A stretch of DNA of 62,568 nt, counting the filler, from Choristocarpus tenellus KU-1152 (lineage: Eukaryota; Protista; Phaeophyceae), in NCBI GenBank assembly GCA_964200185.2. It is 8 parts of 8 records of this genome, joined end to end, with 100 filler letters (N's around TTAATTAATTAA, not from the genome) between each part and the next. Parts side by side here need not be neighbours in the genome. Positions count along the whole stretch, not along the records: positions 8,184 to 30,949 come from CAXNAD020000278.1; positions 31,050 to 41,944 come from CAXNAD020002645.1; 6 more parts are not named here. One strand, written 5' to 3'. Shown in pieces: positions 26,930-39,700 of the stretch. Each line of letters begins with the position of its first letter. Within the stretch, counting starts at the first letter, position 1. Position numbers and translations under genes: made by a program. The notes beneath the pieces are model-generated. The model saw only the letters and a program-made list of their open reading frames with translations, made no database searches and was not told the origin of the DNA.

Positions 26930-27011
26930 GATAATGTAAGTGCATTTTTCCTGGTCAGGGTCCAAACGGACACCTTGGTGTAGACCCCCCCCCCCTCAGA
27001 TACTTTGAGGC
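26930..27011. mobile_element. MITE family A, partial
   Basis: gataatgtaagtgcatttttcctggtcagggtccaaacggacacc...ccccctcagatactttgaggc matches one half of family A. Confidence 0.75.
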
Positions 27012-28379
27012 TGACCTAGTATATACTTCTAAGTAAGAAAGGATAGGGAGATACAGGACCACCATACGTCTCTGAAAATTGTATTCTTGGCAAACATTAT
27101 TGAAACTATCAAAGTTGATCATGTCATTACGTCATGTTGATATTTTGTTATTACCTATATTATTCTTACTAGTGTGTCATACATGTTTAAATTGTTCATA
27201 TTACTTTTGGTTTTACTTCACCATTGTCTTGTAATCAAAATACTATTACTATTACTATATATTATTACTGTATTGTTAATGCTTAGGGGCCACAGGGGGT
27301 CTGCCAGGCTGTCATAATTTGTGACTTGGACAGGTTAGAGTTGCATGCCCAGTTTTTCCTGAACTTGCGGAACTAACTATGTGTAACATTATCTTGTTGA
27401 ATTTAATTCTTCGTGTCTCTGTTTAGAAAACTATTCAGTAAGTTCAATATCTTGCTGTTTTGTATTTAGCTATGTTGGTTCTCAGCAGCATTGACCACAA
27501 TTGATTTTCAAAAAGTATACAGCCCAGTGACCGATCATACTAGTTTGTTTGAGCTAGGGAGGGTGTTTGAGTAGACTCATCCAACTCTATTGGACCATTG
27601 TAATATAGCGAATGTGGAGACAGAGTACCTTGTTATTGGTTGGTAAACCAAGCCTTTCTTGTAAAAACGCATAATACATACGCTTTCTCAGGGGTATTCT
27701 TATGCCCCACTCAGATGTAAACTAACCACCATCTTACATCACATGAGATCCTAGTAGTTAACACTCCTACACCTATATGACACGGTCTATACTTCAACAA
27801 GACTTGCATGCAAAAGTATGTGGGGGTGAAGAGATTGATTTCGTTTGTGCCCACATGATCAAAATATGCAACCAAATACTCACTATAATCGGGCATCTGT
27901 GCGAAAACGACCATACCCACCCCTCAGATGACAGCAGACGAAGGATTTCATTTGGAGATCCCTATAGTTGCACGTCTAAAACACAATCGCAAAAACATCG
28001 AACGGCACTCACTCCATTCCTCCCCAAAAAACAGTTCACGGTCGATTTAAAATTGTACCATTCTCTCCTCAATTTGAAAGAAAAGCAAAAAAATAGAATT
28101 GAAGAAGATTCAAATGTGGCTATTAATAACAACAGCAGCCAAGAGAAACACATGTATGACGCACTAGCACCCACTACTTTGGGATAGGACGTGATTACGA
28201 ATGCCGTAGACATCCCCAGTCCTATGGAAAAGGGAAAAAGAAAAGGAATAGTTAGTGTTGCATCGGGTCCATCCAACACACGAAAGAAAAGAGGAATACA
28301 AAACTATTAGCAACCCTGAAGAGAAAATGAGACGAGTAGCATTCAGCTGGGCTCCTCTGGCATGGCACTCATCCTTAAA

Positions 28380-28588
28380 TCTCTTTTGTTCCATTAACCA
28401 CACGCACGTATCATCTTTACTGATCTGTTGGCCTCGAATTCCCATCCCTTAGCAGTAACCCAAAACTTCTCAAGGTCGTCTTGCAGGCATATCCACTAGT
28501 TCTTCGCCTATTTACCTTGCTTCTGCTTTCCATCTGCAAGTTTCCTAAACATCAACACCTTTCAGTTTCATATTCCACCCCCCATTTG
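28380..28588 (-). mobile_element. Fossil RTE-like LINE ORF2 C-terminus
   Basis: Diverged reverse-complement paralogue of 30010-30235 (FRKLADGKQKQG..KN..ICLQDDL-like). Confidence 0.5.
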
Positions 28589-28589
28589 C

Positions 28590-28824
28590 GCCTCAAAGTA
28601 TCTGGGGGGGGGGGTGTCTCCACCAGGGTGTCTATTTGGGTCCTGACCAGGAAAAGTGCACGTACATTATCCATCCGACACATGCAACCAAACCACCCAA
28701 AAATTGCGACATGGAGAAATGGATCCCAAACGGAGAGCCGACACCCCCCCCCCCCCCCCGTACCTTTTGACCTGTAGAACCCCCCCCCCAACAAGATTAT
28801 TCCCTGTTCCAGATACTTTGAGCC
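28590..28824. mobile_element. MITE family A copy with rearranged/duplicated right end
   Basis: GCCTCAAAGTATCTGGGG start, family-A body, degenerate end near 28770 and a second CCAGATACTTTGAGCC at ~28809-28824. Confidence 0.75.
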
Positions 28825-30009
28825 TTGTACACTGACCCTGCTAACAGGATTATCCTCTGTTTCCACGCAGTTGTCTCCATATTATCAAACCAGTCTTTAT
28901 GAGGGCTTCTTTCTTGTTGGACAGTGTGTGATCAGGGTGTTCCCGTTTGGAAATCCGATCCAGCGTAGGAGGAGTTTGTGATTGGTGAGAGCAAAGGTTG
29001 ACATAGTGGACCTAGTGGAGTGTCCATGTCGCACAAGCGCTCTACAACAGGACCTCAAGTGCTTCAGCTTTAGGGTCTGAATGTTAAAAGCTTAATTGAT
29101 AAACCTGCGGTTCTATAATAAAACCTGATAATATTACGTATCACATAGTAGTGTTGCATAGTTCTTCGAAGTACTATATACCCCACAATAGATGTTACTC
29201 ATCATTATACCTCACTCAGTGGGTTGATGAACAGTGATGATAATATTGGTAATCTTTCCCTGCATCAATGTGTTCGGACCCCCTAAATGCCAGATATATT
29301 TTCAGGAATATGTGGTCCTGAAAAATCTAATGTGTCCATGTGGTAAGCACTACAGATAGTGCACCTGCCTGTACTATCCTACCTTTCGATATCTTACAAT
29401 TAATACCTAACACCAGAAACCCAATACGGTGGCAACACTTGACTGCGCGAAGGGATGCTGAGCCGAATTCAGCACAAAATTCCATGGGGAAGAGGGTCAA
29501 TGAGTGGTGGGATGGCTGAGGTTAACCCATGAGAAGGAACGTGTCACACGCACATGTAATAATTGCAAGTATTTGTAGTGCAACAAGTTGGTTGAATAAG
29601 GTTGTATGAGAAGTAGGGCAAGTAGTGTTTTCAATAGTAATAGTATGCAGTGTGTACTGTTGTGTAGTAGTGTGTCTGATCAAGGATAAAGATAGTCATT
29701 GGGCTAATTTGATGATTACGAAAAATGAAAAAAACTGCTATAGAATTTCGAAAATTCTACCTGAATCTGAGAGTACTTGTTCGTGTTTGCTATTGCTTCC
29801 ACTTCTGACGACATTTACTACTAAACTCCATACTTACAAGACTCTTCGCTTAGAATATTTTCCCCTGCCAATGAATAAATCAATCACTACAACAACTGTG
29901 GCAGCGGGAAACTGGAGAATTTCCTACTATTACTGCTGGGTGGTTAGCAGAGGTTAGAATAGGCAAAAGTGCACAAAAAGAGGCTTCCATTTGCTTGGTC
30001 AGTTGCTAG

Positions 30010-30235
30010 CGTGGGGGGGATGAGTGACCTCTCAACATATTGATATTTGGGGAGCTTGCAAATGATAAAAAGGAGCAAGGTGGAGAGGAGAAGAACTGGT
30101 CGAGATGTCTCCAAGGCGATCTTTGATAAGTTGGGATTGAAGCCGAGAATTGGCGCACGAGAATCACTACTCAACAGGACGAGTGGCGTGATGAGTGTGT
30201 GGCTAATGACAGGACAAGGTTCATGACTGAATGTA
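30010..30235 (+). mobile_element. Fossil RTE-like LINE ORF2 C-terminus
   Basis: Translates (with stops) to ILIFGELANDKKEQGGEEKNWSRCLQGDL..GIEAENW....EWRDECV...RFMTE, matching the FGEL..GKR..GG..K.W...L..DL..GI...W....WR tail of RTE-type elements. Confidence 0.6.
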
Positions 30236-31439
30236 ATTCAAGGAAGTCGTAGTAGGTTATGTACGTCACACCAAAGTAGCACCTAATCGGCACAAGCAGC
30301 CACCACCACCATTTCTGGATTGGCTTATTCTCTTGCATAGGGTATTAAATCTCCTTTTCTCTTTCCTTTCCTTTTTTTTTTTCACCTAAGGGTTGCATTA
30401 TTTTCACTTTACATTCTTTTTTCTTTTTTCCCTTTCAAAATATTTTTTAATTTTCATTTTCTTCCTCCACTCCTTTTGTTTTTTCTGTTACAAGTTCTTG
30501 TTGCCTTTTCTTAAGCAACGTTTATCGCCTTCTTCGCAAACTTTTTCGATCGCAGGTCTGAGATATCTCAGACAAATGTTACAATGATGAGGTAATGCTT
30601 TTTCAAATGTCCATGCTGCAGGGAAGATTCAACACAGACTGAAGGACTTGAAGCTAATACGAAAATCACCGCTTTGCCAATTTTCTTATTTCCGGCTCGA
30701 AACATATAATATTTATTTCCCGAAATAAAGTGAGTTGTTAGAAGGTGAGTATGCAGGCCCTTCATAAAACTGATTCTGCCTTGTTCACTGAAGCTAGAGA
30801 AGAGCTACACCAAGGCTTTCAGTGAAATAAATGCTTTCAAAGATGTCAAGTTCAATCAGTCACAGAGTCAAGGTATCTGGGGGGGGGGTGTCGGCGTCCG
30901 TTTTTCACCTTTTTCCGATTTTCACTTTTTTGGTTTGATTTGGTCGCACNNNNNNNNNNNNNNNNNNNNNNNNNNNNNNNNNNNNNNNNNNNNTTAATTA
31001 ATTAANNNNNNNNNNNNNNNNNNNNNNNNNNNNNNNNNNNNNNNNNNNNCCCCCCCAATCATACATACCCCGTTGGCGTAGTAATAAGGATGCCTCATCC
31101 TGGCAGGCTGGGTGCATGATGTTTTACTTTTATGCCCATCGCGAAGGTGGGTGTTACTCCCCCGCCGAAAACAACTCTACGAAACTGGCAGCAAGGCGTA
31201 AAGTCCCTTCAACCAGAGCCGCCCCCCACACACTGTCCTACTACCACCTTTGTCAGGATGGATTCCCATTCATAGCGGGGCTTCCAAAAGTGCCGCAACT
31301 TAAAAAAAAAAACATATGTGGACTTTCCGCACACCAATCCGCGTCTCGCTCATCCTCAATAAAAAGCTCCATCCCCAATTTTGATGATCGGCTGTTAGTT
31401 GTGCAAAAGCATTGGTTCGAATCTCCTCTCTCTGGTAGT

Positions 31440-33320
31440 TACAAGACATGTACAATGAAGTAGATACATATTTTCAGGCACTTGCAGGTCCTCTGATCAG
31501 TACATTTGCGGAAGAGTCGCCACAGAAGGACCAGCGAAGATATACTGCATGTAGCTAGTTTTTGGCAGTTACAAACAGATGTAAAGCAGAAGGTGCATTG
31601 TTAGACACCAGCAGGCCTTGTGATGAATCCAATGCGCACAAACAGGTCACTACTGGAGGACTTGCGCAAAACGGTTGGCACGTAACTCCACTTTCACAGT
31701 TACACAGCAGGCACAGTACAGAGCAGTAGATATATATATTTGAGGCATCTGCAGGTCCTCTGAGCAGTCCAATTTGCACAAGAGCATTGGCAAGTGACTC
31801 TTTTTTGGCGATTTCAAATAAGATAGGAAGCATTATATATATATATATGGCTCAAAGTATCTGGGGGTTGTGGCGGCTGTCCGTTTGGGGTCCATTTGTT
31901 TTCCATGCTGCGATTTTTGGAGATAATGTAAATGCACTTTTCCTGATTTTGGTCCAAATGGACACCCTGGCGTAGACCGCCCCCCCGCCCCCAGATACTT
32001 TGGACTTATATATATATATATATATTTATATTATTTTTTTATCTACAGTTCTTGTCACCAGTCCAATTTGTACAAAGAGGTCGCCATACGAGGATTTACA
32101 CAAAAGACTGACCTGTAGCTCCTTTTTGGCAGGTATAACAAATATGTAATGCAGTAGACATATTTTTGGAACATGCAAGAACTACAACTAGTCCAGTTTG
32201 CACAAAAACGTCGCCACACGAGGACTTGGGGAAATGCGTTGTCACGTAGCTCCTCTTTGGCAGGTACAAAACAGGTAAAAAGCAGTAGATACATTGGATC
32301 ATGTGTGCAGATCCTGTGACGAGTTCATTTTGCTCCAGTAAGTCGCCACATGAGAGAACCTTCGCGAAATCCTTGGCATGTAGCTCCATTTTACACTTTC
32401 TAGAAACTGATAGAATGCAGTTAACACATTCTTTGGCACCTACAGGACTAGCGACCAGTCCAACTGGCTCAAAGAAGTTGCCACGTGAAGTCTTTCCAAT
32501 TTCCACTTTCTTGAAACTAGTAGAATGCATTAGATACATTCTTTGGCACCTACAGGACTAGCGACCGGTCCAACTGACTCAAAAAAGTTGCCGCATGAGG
32601 ACTTTCACAAAGACATCGCCATATAGCTGCTCTTAGGCAGCTATAAAATACGTACACAGCAGCAGACATATTTATAGGCACCTGCAGGTGCCATCACCAG
32701 TCCAGCTTGCATAAAGAAGTCGCACCAATTGGGGACTTGCTTGGAAACATTGGTATCTAGCTACTCTATGGCAGTTTCAAAACAGGTACTCCGAATTAGA
32801 AAGCAGTAGATATATTTCTAGCACCTGCAGGCCCTGCGAGCAGGCCAGTTTCTACAAGAAGTCGCCACAAGAGTGCTTGCACAAAAGTATTGACATGTGG
32901 TTCCTCAGGTATTATAGCAGTAGAATTTGCACCAAGAAATGGCTACACGAGGGGTTGCACAAAAACATTGTTATGCAACTGCTCTTTGGCAGTTTGAACA
33001 CTAATAAAAAGCAGTAGATATTTTTGGGTGCGTACAGATCCTGTGGCGAGTCCAATTTTCAATTTTTACAAAGGAAATTGCGACAAAAGGGCTTGTCGAA
33101 ACTCAGCACGGTGTAGCTCCTATGTTGCAGCTTCGAAACAGGTACAAAGATATATTTCTAGGCACTTGCAGGTCCTGCGACCAGTCCAATTTGCACAAAG
33201 AAGTCGCCACACGAGGACTTTCGCAGAGTCATTGTCATGTAGCTCCTCTGCTGTAGCTAAAAAACAGGTACAATGCAATATAATTCTACGCCCCTGCAGG
33301 TCCTGTTACACGAGTCCAAA
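31440..33320. repeat. Degenerate tandem array, ~130-bp unit, ~14 copies, interrupted by a MITE
   Basis: The unit gcagtagata...gcacctgcaggtcct..gaccagtccaatttgcacaaagaagtcgccacacgaggact...catgtagctcctct.tggcag....aaacaggta recurs at ~31458, 31587, 31723, 32151, 32282, 32417, 32527, 32658, 32803, 33011, 33145 and 33274. Confidence 0.9.
31849..32006. mobile_element. MITE family A inserted in a (TA)n tract within the 130-bp array
   Basis: GGCTCAAAGTATCTGGGG ... CCCCAGATACTTTGGACT with TAT on both flanks. Confidence 0.85.
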
Positions 33321-34755
33321 TATTCCTTCTATATAGTGAACCGTACGTGCTGTAGTATAGTGCTGCCAAGGTTGCAGAGCATCGTTTTTTCGGTGAGGCA
33401 AATATTTCGTCAGCCTTTCGCGCTCCTTGTTAGGCGTCAATGTTGTTGTTACACACAGAGCAGGGTGTGTCAAGGTTCTGGTTGAGCAAGCGTCGACTCG
33501 TTTCCTGCAGGCGATTACTATTTCTACTTCTGGTGGAGCGATTTCCAGTCAGTATCCGACTGGGGATGTTGCCTATGTTTCGATTACTGGTCACTGGTTA
33601 TCTGGACTACTGGGTGGGGCTCTAGAGCCCTATTGGTCGTAAAATATACGTTACACTACTGGCTTTTCAGGAGAACTGATACTTACTGGTGACCCAATTG
33701 TTAGGAGAAAGAACGATTGGTTCACGTAAACCAGTTGCTTATTGTTTGACACATGGGTTGATTGTGACTATAGCTGACACCCAGGAGGAGAGAATTAATT
33801 GCAAATTTGATGACTGGTGGGGGTGACACCTGAACGAGACGACAGGCAAGGTGTTGGAAATGGTGCATCGTCGATCCATGATACCATGTTGTTCTTAGCG
33901 GGTATATATACACAATCATTGCTAACAATTGGTTGTAGCATAATAAACGTAGGAGTACCGAGAGAGAGCCCCTGCCCTTACCATTGTCAAGCGGAAACTG
34001 AACCCAATGCCAGAATCACCATCATCTTGCCTCTTCTTCCTTGTTTTATGAAGATGATACCATCATGTATCATCACTCAACAGACAGGTGCTTCCTCCAT
34101 TTGATGGGATGGGGATATCATGTATGTGTAGGTTTTGCCACCTCCTCTATGAACTAGCTAGTTCCGTTCCTTGCTTTTTCCCCCTCTTGACTAGATACCC
34201 GATTCTTCAAAGCTAAGTTTGTATGTACTTGCTTACTTTAACTTCATGATGAACAACATATCATATCTACTATGTAGTAGCAAGCTAGCCACTGCTCTCG
34301 CAGCAAACCTTACCTCAACCTCCCCCAGCTCCTCTTAGCCCACAGCTACATTTCACCCATAAAACCCACAAGTCCACAGGTAGCTAGCTATAGATAGTTT
34401 TGTTGGCCTCAATCATCATCATCCTCATTAACATTTCCTAGGGCTACGTAAGAAGTAGACAATAAAACTAGAACGGGGTAGCCCATGTCACCAAACCCCA
34501 TGTAACACTGCTTGCGGAGCCTCAGGAGCGCGATATTGGGTCTAGTCTGGGATACTCTCCTTGGCACTCATGGTGGTGCCAACCTCTGTGCTGCTAGTGA
34601 ATGTATTACACTTGATCTGCTCCCATGAACGAGGGAGCCACCCCCTTTATTACAGAAGGCAAGAATATGCACAAGAATCACATAGTGAGCATGTCTGTTG
34701 AAGTGCTCAAACTTGCACCTAACATCCTTCATTTATAGCACAAAAAAGGATGAAT

Positions 34756-35009
34756 GGCTCAAAGTATCTAGGGGGGGGTGGTGGCTGTCCTTTCGGGGCC
34801 ATTTTTCCATATCCCAATTATTGGGTGAATTCGGTTGCATGCATCGGATGGGTAATGCAAGTGCACTCCTCCTGGCCAGGGCCCAAATGTACACCCTGGC
34901 GTAGACCCCCCCCCCCAGATACTTTGNNNNNNNNNNGCGGGTGCGCGCCGCCGGGGCGGGGCCCAGGGGGACGCGCGGGCGTAGGCCCCCCCCCCAGATA
35001 CTTTGAGGC
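34756..35009. mobile_element. MITE family A (right end duplicated across a small assembly gap)
   Basis: GGCTCAAAGTATCTAGGGG ... CCCCAGATACTTTGAGGC with AAT on both flanks; N gap at ~34927. Confidence 0.8.
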
Positions 35010-35599
35010 AATCGGTTGGTCACTGTGCGTTAAGAGGAGATGTAAAAAATAGGGGGTGGCTCCCTAAATGGTCCCTTAAATAGAGGGCATTCCCCTAGTG
35101 AGGTGGCAATTCCCTACTATATGGATGGTACTGTTAGATATATTTTAAATGAGGCACTAGGGGTAGACATATACGCCTTTCATTAGGATTATTGTGGTCT
35201 TCTTTGCTGGACCTGAAATCTGCTTGCACTGGACTATTTTGGGGGGAGGGAGAAAAAAAAATGTTGAGTTTATTTTTTTCGTTTGTTCCTTAGTGTCATA
35301 ACCTGTGTATATGTATTACTAATACATTTTTAAAGTTATTTTGTTTACTCATTTCTTTCTACATTATATGCGAAACAGATGGAAACAGCCGACAGGTTCT
35401 TTCTTCGTAATGAAGGGGAGCGGGAAGACTCACAGGAGGACAGATCAAAGAGAGACAAGGTCAAAGAGGGAGACCGATCCCTCAAAAGTTAACTCAGCAA
35501 AAGAAAAGAGTCAACAAGCAGGAAGAGTGAGGGAAGGGGGATTTGGAGGGCACTCAAAATCACCCAATATGCAAAAAACAACGAAAGTAACATGAATTT

Positions 35600-35680
35600 C
35601 ATGATGTTCAAGATAGGTCACCTTCAGGGTATACCTTCTACATGATGTTCAAGATAGGTTACCTTCAGGGTATACCTTCT
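35600..35680. repeat. 41-bp tandem duplication
   Basis: catgatgttcaagataggt(c/t)accttcagggtataccttct occurs twice in tandem. Confidence 0.9.
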
Positions 35681-35827
35681 GTGGAATGTGGCTCTCACAT
35701 CTATTGCATTTTTAATCAGTTTTTTAGCATCATTTTTTACTTCTTTTTGGGGTTTGTTTTTCTGACCAGGAAGGTCTGAGTACGTTGTGAATATTTCTTT
35801 TTCTTCACAATACCTCCCAATACTTCG

Positions 35828-35880
35828 ATGGTTTTCCCCCTGACACATCTGCAAAATGTCAGAGGGCATAATAATATAAT
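35828..35880 (+). mobile_element. Extreme 3' stub of the CRE-like retrotransposon
   Basis: ttttccccctgacacatctgcaaaatgtcagagggcataataat is nearly the reverse complement of ~116-160. Confidence 0.75.
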
Positions 35881-36779
35881 ACTTCGATCAGTGCATCATC
35901 CATCGGAGGATAAAATAGTCGATCAATAATCGATTGATCACCTCTCAAAGACGGCTGGACAAATGTTTGATGATAAATATATACTTGGATGTTCCCCTCA
36001 AACACTTAGTAGAGAAGAAAGGAAAATAAGTGCGTTGTTAACTTTTAAAAAAATGCCAATAGCATCTTCCATGGATCTTTGAAAATGTGATCAACCAACA
36101 ACAATTCCAGAAATGTACTACATCACCACATCTTACTCTAACTCAGACAGTTGTATAAAGGTATGCAGTGGTATGTCTCACACGTAGCTGACCTCTTATC
36201 GCTATTTTATTTGTATACAAAATCTAGAGAATGGGATGAAATTGACACATGATACATATGCAACATGAAATGCCTCACTTCTTTGAAGCTTTTCATGCTC
36301 AAAGATCTGTATGTCGGGCACTTGGACTCTTCGGTACAATGTGAGAGTCAGGTATGTTCTAAGAAATCAAAAAGTAATTCCCACCACTACCATCGCTCCA
36401 AGCAACAGCATGCTGGGTCTGAAGCTATGGTCTAAAGAAACTATCCTCAGTAATGCAATGCAGCATGATGAAATCCAAGAAGATCTCCCTCTCGGTCATC
36501 ATGATACAAAATATTATTATTCCTTCGCTCGCCTTAGAAGTCCTGAGGTGACATAACACAGCAACAACCCTGGTGATACCATGGAACCACGCCCTAGACT
36601 ATATCTCTCTACGGAATACTACGATGAATATGGTCTTATCCTTCCGCAAGTTGACCCCAGGTCCATCCTTTAGTATGGAACATCAACAACTTCTCATCTC
36701 CTCAGTCAATGAGTAAGATATGGAATATTCAAGTCCCGAACAGTATGTTCAGCACGAAACAGCAACGTTGATTCTTCTC

Positions 36780-39700
36780 TCACAAAGATGTCAGCAACTG
36801 TTCAGACCGACAATTCTTCCATGCACTGAGGAGGCGTGAGAGAGGGAGGGAAGAATGGTGTATCGTAATAGCCTTAGTATTTGTGCATACGCACACGTGT
36901 GTGAAGCCAGTCTTGAAAGAAAGAAATGCTGCAATTGCAAATGTGAGATGTGAAGGAAGGTAGAAGGTGTTACAATTCAATAATACCACTCTAAGGGGCA
37001 AGGCATCAAATTGGTCTCAATCAAAGGGTGTGGTATTGCTAGTTTAGTGTCAACTACGAAGGACAGGGTTCCAGCTCTTCAGGAATGACCCAAAGTATCT
37101 GGGGGGGGGGAGGGGTCTATACCAGAGTGTCCATTTGGGTCAAAATCAGGAAAAGTGCATTTACATTATCCATCCGACGTATGAAACCAAATCACCTAAC
37201 AATCGCGAAATGAAAAAATTGGCCCCAAATGGACAGTCGCCACTGCCCCCAGATACTTTGAGCCAATACTCGGCACTATGTGACAAAGCTTACATCTATG
37301 TACGCAAGTAAACACGCCCAAGAATACCGGGGGAATGTTGCGTGCTTCAACGTGTCCAAATATAATATCGAATACCACACACTACTGTAAGGGCACAAGT
37401 CAGAGGGTTATACGCCTAAGATTAGTACCTTACGGTGAGTCAAAGTATACACAAGAGGTACCCAGGTTTCGAGCGTTTTGCATTTGAGCCAATTTTTCGA
37501 TCTTTTGCCATTCGCTCGTATTTCTATGGATGAAGTGCCAAGTTTGACTAGAGAGCACGAATTTCTCCATTGTTTGAAACTTTTGGACAGAATTCAGTAA
37601 ATGTCCTATGTGCATTTGTAAAAAAAAAGAGGTCAAACTTTTGCATGCACGTATTTGTCATCCTTAAAAATGAAACTCAAAATACCTCCAACGTACTTTG
37701 ACCCGTTCATCCAAATATCTTCATGATGTGACCCTACTATTATGCATGATCAGGGAGCTCACCTCCTCTTTCGACTTTGTTGCAGGTTTGACTTGGGAAG
37801 AGTCCCCATTGTTCCCTCTTTTCATGGAAGAGTAGTACATGTAAATTGGGGTAGGGCATTCAACACGTAACAGGAAGAAGAGGAGGCATTGTGTCAATCA
37901 GGGTAACAGAGATACAGGAACTAATCGCACAATAACGACAAAGGTAAAGGCTAAGGTTTCATCGAGCATAATGAGCAATTTTCTTCTATTCTCTTTACGT
38001 TTATTAAAGCACCAAACCATGAAAGCATAGGTCTTTCCCTCTGTCTCATACAAGTAAGTACATTGTGGAAATATTATGTTCGGAATATTAACATTTTTCA
38101 TCAGCAAAACTGTATAACAGGAACAAATACTACTATAATTTGATGTGATGTGGAGTTTATTACCAAAGTGGATTGCGAACGTTTGGAAGTGTCACGTCTG
38201 CATGTGCTACTCGCCACGTAATTATGTACTTGGGGGGTTATTAGTAGCTCACCCTTCCATGTACTGGCAAACAATCATGTCCGTGTGAAATTGCCCATCA
38301 ATGCATGTGGCCCGCCCACATCCTACCTTGGTTGTGCTCGCCCAAACCACCTGCGAGTAAATGTTGACAATACATAATGTTTAAATAGAGTTGCTTTATA
38401 TATGACCTTAACATATGATCACGTTCACCCCCCGCTCCGTGATTTCTCTATTCGTCAATTCTGTTCCTATAGGTTCAAATTCCTTAACAAAATGTTGGAA
38501 GAATTGCATTGTTTTGGACTGGAGTGTACAAGTTTCAATATTTCCCCCAACCCCATTAATTTGAACGAGATCATATTCCAGGGCTTCTTAGACTGATGAT
38601 GCATCGCACCTGAGTCATATGACCACCAAGATTGCTGACCTCTTCGTAATCTGGAATTGGTTAGAATGCAACAGGAGGGTCGAGGAGGAGGGAGCATGAA
38701 ATACTAATCAAAGAAAGAAATGTGCGTAAGCAGGCAATTTAAAGGGCTGAGTATCGATTAAAGATTTCTACAAACTATTTAGATTTTATTATGATTTGGT
38801 GCTGCAGAACATAACCCTCGCTCTAGGTCTACCTACTTGATTGAGCGTTTATTATGGCCACTGATATTTTGTACTCGGAATAGATGTCAAGAAGGCAACA
38901 AAAAACAAGAGACAAGGGTAGAATCCAAGTTAGAGAACACAACAAAACAACCACAGAGTCATACTGCCTACAAGTAAAGGCCTTCTAATGTACCAACATA
39001 CTCGTAGTATACTTTAAAACTCCATCCACGTTACATTATGAATCCATGAACTGGTAAATGCATTGTCTGGAAACAACTAAGAATTCTGGTACAAACACAT
39101 CGAGTGCCTTTTTGAGTATTGATAGAATCGAAAAAAGTGCATCATGATGCCAAAAGAGAACATTCTATGCACGTATGCGTAGATTGAATCACATTAGGAC
39201 TCACACCATCCTTCCATGACTCTCTCTGGGGTATAGCAGGGCGAGTCTGGATCCACATTACTGCCGTACGCTCCGCAAGTGTACAGGTTTTCACCGATAC
39301 CATCACGTTCGCTGTGTTTTAGTGAGCCACACATGTTCTCTGCCAGGTACATGGCATATTCCTGTGCGAGTATTTGGGGTAAAAGACTGTTGATGACATT
39401 TATCAATGTTCCAGTTCTATATTGCGATCACCTGAATAGTTGCAATATATGCAGGACTGCAGGGGCTACCGGTTGCAATCTAGGCCACGTACCATTGAAC
39501 TGTTAGCCAGCGATTTGCTCCATTTCAATGGTGCCGTGTCGTGGATGCACCTGCATGCAGGAACAAGAAATTCAGATAAGGCGCACCAACGAAAACAAAC
39601 ATACAAGTGCTTCGGCGAGCTCAAAAAAGTAGCGATGATCACCCTTTCCACCTACCGAGCAATGTTGTGCTCTAACAGCATCTTCTTTTTGTGGATCTTA

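Noticed and set aside
31245-31375. Minus-strand peptide MELFIEDERDADW...LRHFWKPRYEWESILTK
   Set aside because: Interrupted by a homopolymer frameshift and matches no family I recognise.
31405-31435. tRNA T-loop / B-box-like GGTTCGAATC
   Set aside because: No T-stem pairing, acceptor stem or A-box, so no cloverleaf.
31440-33320. CRISPR-like array or 42-aa TPR exon array
   Set aside because: Units are homologous along their whole length (no unique spacers), no cas genes are present, and no frame shows a TPR consensus.
33340-34100. Possible retrotransposon protease/pol remnant (also ~14860-15100 and 36540-36780)
   Set aside because: Only vague motif resemblance with many stops; not supportable without a search.
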